DNA of 6,097 nucleotides from Vitrella brassicaformis CCMP3155 (Eukaryota; Protista; Chromerida), in assembly GCA_001179505.1 (NCBI GenBank), contig CDMY01001018.1, positions 1-6,097 of the forward strand. The letters are read 5' to 3'. The translations under genes and the position numbers were made by a program. Each line of letters starts with the position of its first letter. Position 1 is the stretch's first letter. The notes under the pieces were generated by a model that was not told the origin of the DNA, did no database searches, and worked only from the letters and a program-made list of their open reading frames with translations. Of this stretch, positions 5,728 through 6,097 are shown in pieces.

Positions 5728-6097
5728 CTACTGGTCTTCCTTCTGCGTCTGAGTTGAGGAGGGGCCTGACGGGATCAGCGAGCTTCCCCGTTCACTGGGC
5801 CTCACGAGCTTGCAGGCGAGCACGATGAATGTGCCACTTCCTCGGCTGCCGAGCAGCGCCTCAACATCTGCGTGCACTCATGGCCACTCGTGGTCTGACT
5901 CGGCCACCCCCACTATCGTGGGCACGCCTCGAGATGACTTGCTTGCACACCGGCAGCATGAGGCTGCGCACTACGCCAATCAGCAATCTGTCAAGCGCAA
6001 GCTCATCTGGGCGTCGCTCGTCTGCGTAAGGGCCATGCACGTACAGCTGAGAATTTACCGATGTCCAAGCAACGTGTCGTGTACGCAGTTTGTTGGT
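5728..6097 (-). pseudogene. Possible 3' end of an unidentified minus-strand gene or pseudogene
   Basis: One frame is open from the right edge to ~5860 (..QLYVHGPYADERRPDELALDRLLIGVVRSLMLPVCKQVISRR..). A second frame reads GVPTIVGVAESDHEWP*VHADVEALLGSRGSGTFIVLACKLVRPSE...KEDQ* (TAG 5730-5728). The composition is protein-like, but no family is recognised. Confidence 0.3.

Overview
Eukaryotic genomic DNA. The short GT-repeat-rich spliceosomal intron and high-GC3 exons resemble a chromerid/alveolate such as Vitrella, but the host is inferred, not proven. About three quarters of the window (1 to ~3.9-4.5 kb, minus strand) is the 5' part of a degenerate Ty1/Copia LTR retrotransposon. It comprises a probable 5' LTR, a half-tRNA-iMet-type primer-binding site, a gag-protease ORF, an HHCC + D,D(35)E integrase, a retroviral SH3-like domain and a long integrase-RT linker that runs off the left edge before RT begins. 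The polyprotein is broken by 3 in-frame stops and 2 frameshifts. Unusual features of the element are an extra Cys/His-rich module after the integrase, a CX2CX10HX4C knuckle and a ~175-codon protease-integrase spacer. Head-to-head with it lies a two-exon plus-strand gene (4588-5288) encoding a ~206-aa protein with a basic NLS-like patch and a zinc finger resembling the piggyBac C-terminal Cys-rich domain. A weakly supported, broken minus-strand coding segment occupies the right edge. No RNA genes or CRISPR arrays were seen, and nothing here proves a new system; the extra zinc-binding modules are the best leads.
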